The notes under the pieces: generated by a model
What the model saw: only the letters and a program-made list of their open reading frames with translations
Database searches by the model: none
What the model was told of the DNA's origin: nothing
DNA from: an uncultured Actinomycetes bacterium
GTDB taxonomy: Bacteria > Actinomycetota > Actinomycetes > Streptosporangiales > Streptosporangiaceae
Direction of reading: 5' to 3'
NCBI GenBank assembly: GCA_963762735.1
Contig: CAVXMG010000029.1
Span: forward strand, 162,351-226,350
DNA length: 64,000 nucleotides
Part shown: positions 9,985 through 19,996 of the stretch, one piece after another
How positions within the stretch are numbered: position 1 is the stretch's first letter
Layout of the letters: every line of letters begins with the position of its first letter
Position numbers and translations under genes: made by a program

Positions 9985-11869
9985 GGAAGTGCGGATCACC
10001 GGCCTTGGGGTGATCGAGGATGCCGTCCTTGAGTTCTCGCCCGGCTTCACGGTAGTGACCGGCGAGACCGGGGCAGGCAAGACCATGGTCGTCACCGGGC
10101 TCGGCCTGATGTTCGGCGGCCGGGCCGACCCGGCGCGGGTCCGGCCAGGCGCGGACCGGGCCACCGTCGAAGGGCGGTTGCGGATCGAGGCGGACGGGCC
10201 CGCCGTGCAGCAGGTGCTTGACGCCGGGGGCGAGCTGGACGACGACGGCCGCACCCTGATCGTGAGTCGTTCGGTGTCGGCAGAAGGCCGGTCCAGGGCG
10301 CACGCGGGCGGCCGTGGCGTGCCCGTGTCGCTGCTGATCGGCCTGGCCGATGACCTGGTGGCCGTGCACGGCCAGGCGGACCAGCAGCAATTGCTGCGCG
10401 CCAGCAGGCAACGGCAGGCACTGGACGAGTTCGCCGGTCCGGCCCTGTCCGCGGTCATGGCCGACTACCAGCGCGCCTACGGGCGGCACCGGGACGTGCG
10501 AGCGGAACTGAGCGAACTGACCGCGCGGGCACGGGAACGGGCCGCCGAGGCGGAAGACCTCCGCCGGGCACTGGACGAGATCGAGCGGGCAGAACCGGTC
10601 GCGGGCGAGGACACCGCGCTGCTGGCCGAGGAGGAACGGCTCGGGCATGCCGACGCCCTGCACGCCGCCGCGACCGCCGCGCACGGCGCCCTGCTCGGCG
10701 ATCCGTCCGACGGTGCCTACCACGGCGGCGACGCGGTCACGCTGCTCGGCACGGCGCGCCAGGCGCTCGACGGCGTTGCCGCGCACGACCCTGACCTGGC
10801 CAGCCTGGCCGGCCGCCTATCCGAGGCCGCTTACCTCGTGTCCGACGTCGCCACCGACCTCGCCTCCTACGTGGAGTCGCTGGACAGCGATCCGGCGCGG
10901 CTGGCTGCGGTGCAAGAGCGCCGGGCCGAGCTGACCAGGCTCATCCGTGCCTACGGCAGCCGGGTGGCCGTCCCCGCCCCGGCGGCGGAGGCGGGCGAGC
11001 CGGGGGCCGGGCTGTCCGAAGACCCGGCCCAGCAGGGCGCGGCGCCGCAGGCACCGGACGTGGCACCGGGCGCGGAGGCGGGAGCGGCCGCCGGGCCGGT
11101 CGCTCCGGCGGCCCGCGTGCCGGGGCTGGCGTCCGTGCTCGCCTGGGCCGAGCAGGCACAGCGCAGGCTTACCGAGCTTTCCGGAGACGACGACCGGATC
11201 GGGGTGCTCGGCGCCGAGGAGAACCGGCTCGCCGAGACCATCCGTGACCTCGGCGGGAAGCTAACGTCGTTGCGCAAGGAGGCCGCGGAACGGTTCGCGG
11301 CGGCGGTCACCGAGGAGCTTTCCGCGCTGGCCATGCCGCACGCGAAGATCACCGTGCCGGTCATGCCGCAGGACGAGTACGGCCCGCACGGCGCGGACGA
11401 GGTGGAGATCAGGCTCGCCGCCCACCCGGGCGCTCCCTCGCTGTCGCTGGCCAAGGGAGCCTCGGGCGGCGAACTGTCCCGGGTGATGCTCGCCATCGAG
11501 GTCGTCTTCGCCGGTGCCGACCCGGTGCCGACGTTCGTGTTCGACGAAGTGGACGCGGGTGTGGGCGGGAAGGCCGCGGTGGAGATCGGGCGACGGCTCG
11601 CCAGGCTGGCCCGGCGCGCCCAGGTGATCGTGGTCACCCACCTGCCCCAGGTGGCCGCGTTCGCGGACACGCACCTGGTGGTCGAGAAGGCGAGCGACGG
11701 CTCGGTGGTGAGCAGCGGCATCTCCCGGCTGGACGACGCCGGCCGGGTCCGGGAACTGTCCCGGATGCTGGCCGGGCTCGAGGATTCCGAGCACGGCCGA
11801 GCGCACGCAGGTGAGCTTCTCGCCGCCGCGGGAGCGGAGCGCGCCAGCCAGGTCACCCGGCCGAGCTGA
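9977..11869 (+). CDS. recN: DNA repair protein RecN
   Basis: MLEEVRITGLGVIEDAVLEFSPGFTVVTGETGAGKT N-terminus and C-terminal SGGELSRVMLA...FDEVDAGVGG. Carries an Ala/Pro-rich insert around 10960-11130. Confidence 0.95.
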   Translation: MLEEVRITGLGVIEDAVLEFSPGFTVVTGETGAGKTMVVTGLGLMFGGRADPARVRPGADRATVEGRLRIEADGPAVQQVLDAGGELDDDGRTLIVSRSVSAEGRSRAHAGGRGVPVSLLIGLADDLVAVHGQADQQQLLRASRQRQALDEFAGPALSAVMADYQRAYGRHRDVRAELSELTARARERAAEAEDLRRALDEIERAEPVAGEDTALLAEEERLGHADALHAAATAAHGALLGDPSDGAYHGGDAVTLLGTARQALDGVAAHDPDLASLAGRLSEAAYLVSDVATDLASYVESLDSDPARLAAVQERRAELTRLIRAYGSRVAVPAPAAEAGEPGAGLSEDPAQQGAAPQAPDVAPGAEAGAAAGPVAPAARVPGLASVLAWAEQAQRRLTELSGDDDRIGVLGAEENRLAETIRDLGGKLTSLRKEAAERFAAAVTEELSALAMPHAKITVPVMPQDEYGPHGADEVEIRLAAHPGAPSLSLAKGASGGELSRVMLAIEVVFAGADPVPTFVFDEVDAGVGGKAAVEIGRRLARLARRAQVIVVTHLPQVAAFADTHLVVEKASDGSVVSSGISRLDDAGRVRELSRMLAGLEDSEHGRAHAGELLAAAGAERASQVTRPS

Positions 11870-12072
11870 CCCGGGTGATTAATCCGGGATAGGCCAGTGT
11901 GTACGGGATCGCCATGGCCCTGGCCGCTCGCCCGGTGTTACGTTCCGGTTTAGTTCGGCACGCTCACGCCGGGTGCGGTGGCACCGGCAGGAGGCGATGG
12001 TAATGACCAGTCCACGGGCGTCGGGGGCCTGGCGGGTCCTCGCGATACGGAGCGGCATTTCTAGCGGCGGGC

Positions 12073-13317
12073 GTGGCCTTGGCCTTGGCAGTTCCCGCTT
12101 CCGGCTCGGCCCGGGCGAGCGGCGGGGCCGACTGGCCCCAGTTCCACTTCAACGCCGCGCGCAGCGGTGTGACGACCGAGACCACCATCGGCACGGCCAA
12201 CGTCTCGACGCTCACCGCGTTGTGGTCCAAATCGCTCTCCGCGGCCAGCGTCACCTCGCCCATGGTCGTGCAGGACAGCGAGGGAACGGACCTGGTCTAC
12301 GCCGGCGACGCGTCCGGCACGTTCTTCGCCTACAACGCGGTCACCGGCGCGCAGATATGGATGGCCAACCTCGGCACCAAGCCAATACAGGCCGCGGCCG
12401 CGGTGTACCGCGGGACGGTCTACATACCCACCAACGCCGGGACCCTCTATGCCCTGAACGCCGTCACCGGCGCCAAGCGGTGCTCGGTCAACCTGAACGG
12501 CGGCGTCACCGAGGCCTCGCCGGCCGTCGTCGCCGCGCCGGACGGCTCGGGGGCGCTTGTGCTGCTCGGCGGGCTGGGAAAGAAGGAGTGGGCGGTCTAC
12601 GGCGCCGGCAACACCCACGGGCAGTGCAAGGTGGACTGGACCTTCACCGCCGCCACCTTCCCTGGAAGTTGGGCGCCGCCGGGTTACGGCACCGACGCGC
12701 AGGGGCGGCACGTCGTCGTGTTCGGCAGCAAGGACACCGACGACGCGGTGTACAGCGTGAACGTGTCCACCGGTCAGATGATCTGGCGGCACCAGACCTC
12801 GACCCAGCCCGAGCAGGACGTCGGCGGCGCCGCAGTGATCTCCGCGCCAGGCGTCAACGGCTTCGCCGACGGCGCCGTCTACATCGAGGGCAAGGACGGC
12901 GTGGTGTACGCGCTCGACCTGACCACCGGCTCGGTGCTGTGGTCGTTCACGGCCGGCGGCCCCGGCCTGACAGCGTCGTCGGGTGCCCTGGCCGGCAACA
13001 CCCTGGTGATCGGCTCGATCAACGGCGTGTACGGGCTCAATGCGACCACCGGTGCCATGCTCTGGCACTCGCTGAGCGGCATCGTCGTCGCCTCCCCCGC
13101 GATCAGCGGCCCGGCGGGCCACAAGGTCGCGTTCATCGGGGGCACCAAGGGCAACCTGTTCGGCCTCTCCGTCGCCACCGGGGCCACGCTGTGGACCTCG
13201 CCAGGAACGTCGGCCGGCTACTACGCCTCTCCGGCCGTGTCCCGTGGGCGCGTGTTCGACGTTGACCTGAACGGCACGCTCACCGCGTATGCGCTTCCCG
13301 CCGCGCTAGGCGGCTAG
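12073..13317 (+). CDS. secreted PQQ-like (BamB-type) beta-propeller repeat protein; true start probably upstream
   Basis: Repeated ...YA.D..TG...W motifs. The signal-peptide H-region and AXA site (AAFLAAGVALALAVPASGSARA) start upstream of GTG 12073 in the same frame, with no start codon before them. Confidence 0.75.
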   Translation: MALALAVPASGSARASGGADWPQFHFNAARSGVTTETTIGTANVSTLTALWSKSLSAASVTSPMVVQDSEGTDLVYAGDASGTFFAYNAVTGAQIWMANLGTKPIQAAAAVYRGTVYIPTNAGTLYALNAVTGAKRCSVNLNGGVTEASPAVVAAPDGSGALVLLGGLGKKEWAVYGAGNTHGQCKVDWTFTAATFPGSWAPPGYGTDAQGRHVVVFGSKDTDDAVYSVNVSTGQMIWRHQTSTQPEQDVGGAAVISAPGVNGFADGAVYIEGKDGVVYALDLTTGSVLWSFTAGGPGLTASSGALAGNTLVIGSINGVYGLNATTGAMLWHSLSGIVVASPAISGPAGHKVAFIGGTKGNLFGLSVATGATLWTSPGTSAGYYASPAVSRGRVFDVDLNGTLTAYALPAALGG

Positions 13318-13333
13318 CACGGTCCCGCGCGGG

Positions 13334-13382
13334 GGCTGGCACGCCTGGGAGGGCTGGCACGCCCCGGCGATGGCTGGCGCGC
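13334..13382 (+). promoter_or_regulatory. three direct repeats GGCTGGCACGCC / GGCTGGCACGCC / GGCTGGCGCGC upstream of steA
   Basis: Copies begin at 13334, 13352 and 13372, 60-110 bp upstream of the steA ATG. Confidence 0.3.
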
Positions 13383-13441
13383 TCCCGGGCTGTGATCAAG
13401 GCTGGCTCGTCTCCTTCCCTGTTCTGGCAGGATGGAAGCCG

Positions 13442-14635
13442 ATGATGGCCCAGTTTCTCAAGCGCCCCAGCACGCCACGGACCAGGACCGAGGACCTGCC
13501 CGGCGTGAGTGGGCCAGCCCGGCTGGACCGTCGCACCAAGAACCTCACCAAGCGGCTCGCGCCCGGTGACATCGCCATCATCGACCACGAGGACCTGGAC
13601 CGGGTCAGCGCCGACGCACTGCGGCACCGGCAGGTCGCCGCGGTGGTGAACGTGGCGGCGAGCATCAGCGGCCGTTACCCCAACCACGGGCCGCAGTTGC
13701 TGATGGAGGCGGGCATCCCACTGCTCGACGCCGTCGGCCCTGAGGTGTTCCGCCTGGTGTCAGAAAAAAAGATCGTCCGCCTGCACGGAGAGACCCTCTA
13801 CGTGGGCGAGGAGCCCGTCGCGACGGGCCGCCTGATGACCGCCGAGTCGGTGCAGGCGGCCATGGCGGAGGCCAAGGCCGGAGTCGCCGCCCAGCTCCAG
13901 GCGTTCGTCGCGAACACGCTGGAGTACGTGACCAAGGAGGGCGGGCTCCTGCTCGACGGCATCGCGGTGCCGGACCTGCGCACCCGGGTCGAGGGCAGGC
14001 ACGTGCTCGTGGTCGTCCGGGGTCACCACCACCGGGAGGACCTGGCCACGCTGCGCTCGTACATCCGCGAGTTCAAGCCGCTCATGGTGGCCGTGGACGG
14101 CGGCGCGGACGCGCTCCTTGAGGCCGGGTACCGGCCGGACATCATCGTTGGTGACATGGACTCGGTATCTGACGGCGGGCTCGCATGCGGAGCGGAGCTT
14201 GTCGTGCACGCCTATCCCGACGGGCTGGCCCCTGGCCTGGCCCGCGTCAAGAACCTCGGCCTGTCCGCCGTCGTCTGCCCGGCGCGGGGCACCAGCGAGG
14301 ACGTGGCCCTGCTGCTCGCCGACGAAAAGGGCGCCTCCCTGATCGTCGCGGTGGGTACGCACAACACCCTGGACGAATTTCTCGACAAGGGCCGAGCGGG
14401 GTATTCGAGCACGTTCCTCACCCGGTTGCGGGTCGGGGGCAAGCTCGTCGACGCGAAGGGCGTCAGCAGGCTCTACCGGCCCCGGGTGTCTGGCTGGGCG
14501 CTGATGGCGCTTGTGCTGGCCGCGTCGGCCACTGTACTGATCGTCTTGGCCTATTCTCGTACGGGCCAGATATTCCTTCGGTACCTCAGCACGCAGTGGG
14601 ACGTGGTCAGGTATTGGCTGACCGGATTGTTCTAA
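13442..14635 (+). CDS. steA: putative cytokinetic ring protein SteA (Rv1697 family)
   Basis: N-terminus MMAQFLKR...GPARLDRRTKNLTKRL.PGDIAIIDHEDLD. Thiamin-pyrophosphokinase-like core and a C-terminal TM helix. Confidence 0.85.
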   Translation: MMAQFLKRPSTPRTRTEDLPGVSGPARLDRRTKNLTKRLAPGDIAIIDHEDLDRVSADALRHRQVAAVVNVAASISGRYPNHGPQLLMEAGIPLLDAVGPEVFRLVSEKKIVRLHGETLYVGEEPVATGRLMTAESVQAAMAEAKAGVAAQLQAFVANTLEYVTKEGGLLLDGIAVPDLRTRVEGRHVLVVVRGHHHREDLATLRSYIREFKPLMVAVDGGADALLEAGYRPDIIVGDMDSVSDGGLACGAELVVHAYPDGLAPGLARVKNLGLSAVVCPARGTSEDVALLLADEKGASLIVAVGTHNTLDEFLDKGRAGYSSTFLTRLRVGGKLVDAKGVSRLYRPRVSGWALMALVLAASATVLIVLAYSRTGQIFLRYLSTQWDVVRYWLTGLF

Positions 14636-15679
14636 ATGATTGATTTCCGCTATCACCTCGTTTCCATCGTCGCGGTCTTCCTGGCGCTGAGCCTCGGCCT
14701 GCTGCTTGGGTCCACCGAGCTGAAGCCGTACGTGCAGAAGGGCCTGCAGGGCCTGTCGAAGACCGAGCAACGGCAGATCGACGCGCTGCTCGGAGAGAAG
14801 CAGCAGCTACAGAGCCAGATCGGCAGCGAGAACCAGTTCGCGATGGCGAACGCCCCGGCGATGCTCCAGAACGTCCTGGCCGGGCAGCGGTGCGTGCTCG
14901 TGCTGGCCCCCGGAGCGGCCGGCTCGGCGACAAGCGGGATCGCCCAGGCGCTGGAGACGGCCGGGGCGAAGGTGACCGGCCAACTGCAGATGCAGGCCGC
15001 GTTCTTCGACACCAGCGCGGCCACGAGCCAGAAGCTCACCCAGGTCGCCGGACAGTACGCCCAGCCGGCCGGCGTGATCCTGGCCGGGACGGCTCAGGCC
15101 CAGGCCAGCGAACTGCTCGCGCACCTGATCATGACCCAGGGCGGACCCGGCCAGCCGCTCCCCGGCGAACGGGACCCGGTGAGCGTGCAGGCCGTGCAGG
15201 CGCTGGCCGGTGCGGGTTTCCTCACCAAGAGCGGGCAGCCCTGGAACCGTGCCACCCTGGCTGTCGTGATAATCCCGGCCACCCCGCAGTCCACCGATGA
15301 CACCAACCCGGAGAGCCAGGCCCTGGTCACCCTGGCCCAGCAACTGAACCTGGCCGGCCTGGGCACGGTCGTCGCCGGGACGGTCGCGGGTTCGGGGCCA
15401 GGCAGCGCCATCGACGTGATGCGGGCCGGCGGCCGCGCCGGGCATCTGACCAGCGTGGACAATGCCGACTACCCGATCGGCCAGATCGTGGTGGCCCAAT
15501 CGCTGGCGGATCTGCAGCACGGCCGGAGCGGCAGCTACGGGGTGACCGCGACCGCAAGCGCCGCCGGGCCGAGCCCGCCGCCGAGCCCCGCGCCGACCGT
15601 GTCGCCCACGGCGGCGACCCAAGGCACGGCGAGCCCTCGGTCGGGCCACCGGTCCGCGGCCAGGTCGGCGGCGCGATGA
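14636..15679 (+). CDS. SteB / MctB-family copper-transporter-like membrane-anchored protein (Rv1698 family)
   Basis: TAA-ATG abutting steA. Characteristic N-terminus [25 protein letters not shown]. Confidence 0.8.
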   Translation: MIDFRYHLVSIVAVFLALSLGLLLGSTELKPYVQKGLQGLSKTEQRQIDALLGEKQQLQSQIGSENQFAMANAPAMLQNVLAGQRCVLVLAPGAAGSATSGIAQALETAGAKVTGQLQMQAAFFDTSAATSQKLTQVAGQYAQPAGVILAGTAQAQASELLAHLIMTQGGPGQPLPGERDPVSVQAVQALAGAGFLTKSGQPWNRATLAVVIIPATPQSTDDTNPESQALVTLAQQLNLAGLGTVVAGTVAGSGPGSAIDVMRAGGRAGHLTSVDNADYPIGQIVVAQSLADLQHGRSGSYGVTATASAAGPSPPPSPAPTVSPTAATQGTASPRSGHRSAARSAAR

Positions 15680-16769
15680 GGCCCGGTATCTCCCGGCCCG
15701 GCCGGCCGCGCAGTTCCCGGCCCGGCCCAGCCGCCGCAGTGGCAGCGGGCCCCGTGGCCGCGCTGGTTGCGGGCACGGCCGCGGCGTGCGCCGCCCGTGC
15801 CGCCTACTCCGCCTTGACCCGCAGGCCGCCGGGCGGCGCCGGGACCTGGACCAGGACCAACCACAGGGGCGAGCAGCTCACCCTGCTGGAGGGGCCCGCC
15901 CTGACCGTGGGCAGCGTCGCGGCATCGGCGCTCGGGCCCGGCCTGCCGCCCCGGGTCCGGGCCGCGCTGGCGGTGGCCGGTACCGGAGCGGCCGCGTTCG
16001 GCGGATACGACGACCTGGTGGGCAGCGGGAGCCGGCGCGGGTTCCGCGGGCATCTCGGCGCGCTGGCCAGGGGCGAGGTCACCACGGGAGCGGTCAAGCT
16101 CGGCGGCATCGGCGCGACCGGCCTGGTGTCGGCCGCACTGCTCGGCGGCGGCCCCGCCGACGTCGCCGTCAACGCCGGGCTTGTGGCGGGCGGCGCCAAC
16201 CTGCTGAACCTGTTCGACCTGCGCCCGGGGCGCGCACTCAAGGTGGCGCTGGCCAGCGGAACGCTCCTGGCCATGGGCGCGCGCCGAGGCCCGGTCCGCT
16301 CGGGCACGACGCGGCCGACCGCCGGCGCTGCCACCGGGCCAGGTGCGACCCCCGGGCCAGGTGCGACCCCGGGCTCGGGGCGGCGCTTGGGGCCGACTCG
16401 GGGCCCGGTGCACTGCTCACCGTGGCCGCCCCGCTCGGCGCCGCGATCGCACTGCTTCCCGAAGACCTCGGCGAACGGGCGATGCTCGGGGACGCGGGCG
16501 CCAACGCACTCGGCGCCCTGCTCGGAGTGGCGGCCGCGGCCAGCCTGTCCCGTCCGGCCAGGCTCGCGCTGCTCGCCGGGATCACCGGCCTCACCGCGGC
16601 CAGCGAGGTGGTCAGCTTCACCGCCGTCATCGAGCGCACCCCGGCCCTGCGGTGGCTCGACATGCTCGGCCGCCGGCCCGTTCCGGCCGCCCCGGTCCCG
16701 GAGCGCGAGGACCCGCCGCCCGCGGAAGCCCGGGAGGCAGGAACCACGGCAGCCGCAGCACCGTCGTGA
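15676..16769 (+). pseudogene. MraY/WecA-like (glycosyltransferase family 4) polytopic membrane protein; frame broken at a tandem duplication
   Basis: ATGA overlap with the upstream gene. The N-terminal part ([33 protein letters not shown]...NLLNLFD) is in the frame of ORF 15676. The C-terminal part ([25 protein letters not shown]...[15 protein letters not shown]) is in the frame of ORF 15786..16769. Confidence 0.65.
16336..16370 (+). repeat. 18 + 17 bp tandem duplication GGGCCAGGTGCGACCCC(C)
   Basis: Unit 1 is 16336-16353 (run of 5 C); unit 2 is 16354-16370 (run of 4 C). Removing unit 2, or adding one C to it, restores the GT4 frame. Confidence 0.9.
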
Positions 16770-18779
16770 CCGGGCCGCCGGTCTCGGTGACCGAGGCTGG
16801 CCCGCTTCGCCAGGCGGGCCGTGGAATCGGGCGCGCCGCGGCCCTCATCGGCGGCATCACGGTGGTCGCCCGGGTGGTGGGCTTCGGCCGGCAGCTTGTC
16901 TTCGCGCACACGGTCGGCAGCCACTGCCTGGGAACCGCGTACGCGACCGCCAACCAGGTGCCGAACATCATCTACGACATCGTCCTCGGCGGCGCCCTCA
17001 CCAGCGCGATCGTGCCGGTCCTGGCCGGTGCGGCCGCCCTCCGGGCCCAGTACCGCCCGGTGGCGGACGACCGGCCGGGCGGGCGCGAAGCGAGAAAGGT
17101 CCCGGCAGGAAGGATCCCGGCGGGAAGCGGCCACACCGGGGGTGCCCAGGCAGCGAACGGCCGCATGGGGAGTGGCCCGGCGGCTGGCGGCCAGCCCGGA
17201 GCAGGTCAGGCCGGGCCGGCCCCGCCCAGGGCGGAAACCTCCGGGCCAGGGACGTCTCGGGCGACCGAGGCCGGCCCGGGAACGGCCCGGGCAGGAACGG
17301 CCGAAGCAGGACCGCCCGAAGCAGGAGCCGCCGGGACAGCAACGGCCGGGGCAGCAACGGCCGGGGCAGAGAGCAGCTAGGTCAGGGACGCCCGGCCAGC
17401 GTGCCGTGACCGGCAGCGCCCGCAGCGGAGCCGATGCCGAGGCCGCCCAGATCGCCTCGGCGCTGCTGACCTGGACGGTCGTCCTGCTCGCCCCCGCCAG
17501 CCTGATTGTCGCCGTCGCCGCGCATCCGCTTACCTCGATGCTGCTTGGCGGTGTGCCGCGCTGCGCACAGTCCGCCGTGGTCATGGTCAGTACGCGCATG
17601 CTGGTTGTGTTCGCCCCGCAGATCCTGCTCTACGGCCTGGCCGTCGTGCTCTACGGGATCTTGCAGGCGCACCGCCGGTTCACCGCCCCGGCGCTGGCCC
17701 CCGTCGTGTCCAGCGTGGTGGTGATCGGCGCCTACCTTGCCTTCGTCCCGCTGGCCGCCGGGCACCGTGGCGGCCTCGCCGGCCTGCCCCTGTCGGCGGA
17801 ACTGATGCTCTCGGTGGGCACCACGGCAGGCGTCGCCGCCCTCATGCTCACCGCGCTTGGCCCGGCGCTGCGGCTCCGGCTGCGGCTGCGGCCCACCTTG
17901 CGGTTCCCTCCGGGCGTGGCGCGGCGGGTCCGGGCGCTGGCCGCCGTCGGCGTAGCCGCGTTCGTCGCCCAGGATGCGGCCCTGGTGGTGGTCATCGTGC
18001 TGGCCAACAGGCATCAGGGCGCAGGTGCCGTGGTGCTCTACAACTACGGCTGGCAGATGTTCTTCGTGCCGTACGCGGTGCTGGCGGTGCCCATCGCGAC
18101 CAGCGTGTTCCCGCTGCTGTCCGCGGCGGCCGGTGGTGAGTTCGACCGCACCGCCGCGGGTGCCGTGCGCGCGGCAATGCTCGTCTCCTGGCTCGGCGCG
18201 GCGCTGCTCGCCGGGGTGGCATGGCCGGCTGCGCGGCTGTTCGTAACGCATCCAGAACAGGTGCGCCAACTGGCGCTGACCTTCATCGCGTTCGCACCGG
18301 GGCTCGTCGGCTTCGGGCTGTCCGCCGCGCTGTCGCGGGTGCTGTTCGCCAGCGGCCGGAGCCGGGTGGCCGCTGCCGCGCTTGTCGGCGGCTGGCTGGT
18401 GGTCATCGCGGTGGACGTTGCCGCGGTGCCGCTGGTCAATGCCCGGTGGGTGGTGCCGGTGCTCGGCCTTGGCAACACGATCGGCCTGACCTACACGGGG
18501 ATCGCCCTGCTCGCGGCGGTGCGCGGCACCCGGGGCGTGGCCGCGCTGCGCGGATCGGCACGTGCCGCCGGGGCCGGTCTGGCCGGCGCGGTCGCCGGCG
18601 GTGCGGTCGGCGCATTGGTGTCCGCCAGCCTCCCCGTCTCTGGATTCATTCCAAACGCAATGGTCACGGTGCTCGCCTGCCTTGGCGCGGCGGCGGTGTT
18701 CGGGGCGGCCGCGCTCGTGCTTGACGGGGGTGATCTGCGCGCCCTGGCCGCCAGGAGCGCGGGGAGGTGGGCCCGGTGA
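16766..18779 (+). pseudogene. murJ: lipid II flippase MurJ (MviN); frame change inside an inserted basic Pro/Gly-rich loop
   Basis: GTGA overlap with the GT4 gene. N-terminal MurJ motifs (GFGRQLVFAHTVG...AYATANQVPNIIYDIVLGGALTSAIVPVL) sit in one frame that stops at 17380. The remaining ~460 aa of TM helices sit in the frame of ORF 16821..18779. Confidence 0.7.
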
Positions 18780-19996
18780 GCCCGGATCCGGGGGAGCGGG
18801 GCGGTTCCCCGCTGCGGGTCGCCTACGTGCTCGGCACCACGGCCGGCGGGACCGGCCCGCACGTGGCCATGCTCGCGCAGGGATGTGCGGCGCGCGGGAT
18901 GGCGGTACAGGTGTTCGGGCCCGCGGAGACTGGCCGGCGCTATTTCCCCGGCTCCGGCGTGGGCGGTGGGCCCGGCCAGGGCGGTGGAGCCCGGCAGGGA
19001 CTTGGCGGGCCGCCCGGGTTCGTGGTGGTGGAGATGGCGGACCGGCCCAGGCCCGCCCATGATCTGGCCGCTGTGCTGCGGCTCCGGCGCCTGCTCCATG
19101 CCTGGGCGCCCGATCTCGTGCACGCGCATGGGCTGCGGGCGGGGGCGTTCGCCGCGCTGGCACAGGCCGGGCTGCCGTATCGGCTCGTGGTCACCGTGCA
19201 CAACGCCCCGCCCGCCACCAGGCCCGGACGCGTCGTGCACGCCGCGCTCGAGCGCCTCACCGCGCGCCGGGCGGACGCGGTGACCTGGGTCAGCGAGGAT
19301 CTCGCGGCCCGGATGCGCCGGGCCGGGGCGCGTGACGGCGGGCGGGCCGTGGTCGCGGCTCCCGGATTCGCGACGCCGGGGCCGGACGAGGTCGCGGCGG
19401 CCAGCGAAGACCTCGGCGGCGCGGACGGGCCCGTCGTGTTCGCGGTAGGCAGGCTGGCGGAACAGAAAGGGTTCGGGGTCCTCATCGAGGCCGCCGCACG
19501 GTGGCAGGGCCGCGACCCGTGCCCGCGGCTGGCAATAGCCGGGGAGGGCCCACTGGCGGGCGCGCTGGCCAGCCAGGCGCGTGCCGCGGGGGTCGCGGTC
19601 CGGTTCCTCGGGCGGCGCAACGATGTTCCCGCGCTGATGGCCGCCGCCGACGTGGTGGTGGTGCCGAGTCTGTGGGATGGCCAGCCGCTCGTCGTGCAGG
19701 AGGCGCTGCGGTCCGGGCGGCCACTCGTTGCCTCGCGGGCCGGCGGCATCCCGGGCCTGACGGGGGAGGACGGGGCAGTGCTGGTCCCGGCCGGGGATCC
19801 CGGGGCGCTCGCCGAAGCGGTGCTGTCCGTGCTTGACGATGGCGGCATGGCGGCCCGGCTGCGGGCAACGGCTACGAAGCGTAGTTGCGCGTTGCCGGGC
19901 AGCGGAGAAGCCGTGGATTCGGCGGTGGCGCTATACCGCCGGATTCTCGGCGAGGCGGGCGGACGAACAGAGCAGAGAATGTCAAACAACCCATAA
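18776..19996 (+). CDS. glycosyltransferase family 1 (GT-B, GT4-type) protein
   Basis: GTGA overlap with the murJ stop. N-terminus RVAYVLGTTAGGTGPHV and C-terminal EGFG / sugar-donor region (VVVPSLWDGQPLVVQEALRSGRPLV). Confidence 0.85.
   Translation: MSPDPGERGGSPLRVAYVLGTTAGGTGPHVAMLAQGCAARGMAVQVFGPAETGRRYFPGSGVGGGPGQGGGARQGLGGPPGFVVVEMADRPRPAHDLAAVLRLRRLLHAWAPDLVHAHGLRAGAFAALAQAGLPYRLVVTVHNAPPATRPGRVVHAALERLTARRADAVTWVSEDLAARMRRAGARDGGRAVVAAPGFATPGPDEVAAASEDLGGADGPVVFAVGRLAEQKGFGVLIEAAARWQGRDPCPRLAIAGEGPLAGALASQARAAGVAVRFLGRRNDVPALMAAADVVVVPSLWDGQPLVVQEALRSGRPLVASRAGGIPGLTGEDGAVLVPAGDPGALAEAVLSVLDDGGMAARLRATATKRSCALPGSGEAVDSAVALYRRILGEAGGRTEQRMSNNP

Noticed and set aside
14636-15679. A functional link between the MctB-like 'copper transporter' gene and the Cys/His-rich peptide.
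   Set aside because: The genes are 44 kb apart in unrelated operons. The MctB-family protein here is in the steA/steB cell-separation context.
15676-17409. The 577-aa ORF spanning the GT4 gene and the start of murJ, as a single protein.
   Set aside because: Only the first ~230 residues look like a membrane protein. After the 17-bp duplication the translation turns into Arg/Pro-rich nonsense, while the real continuation sits in another frame.
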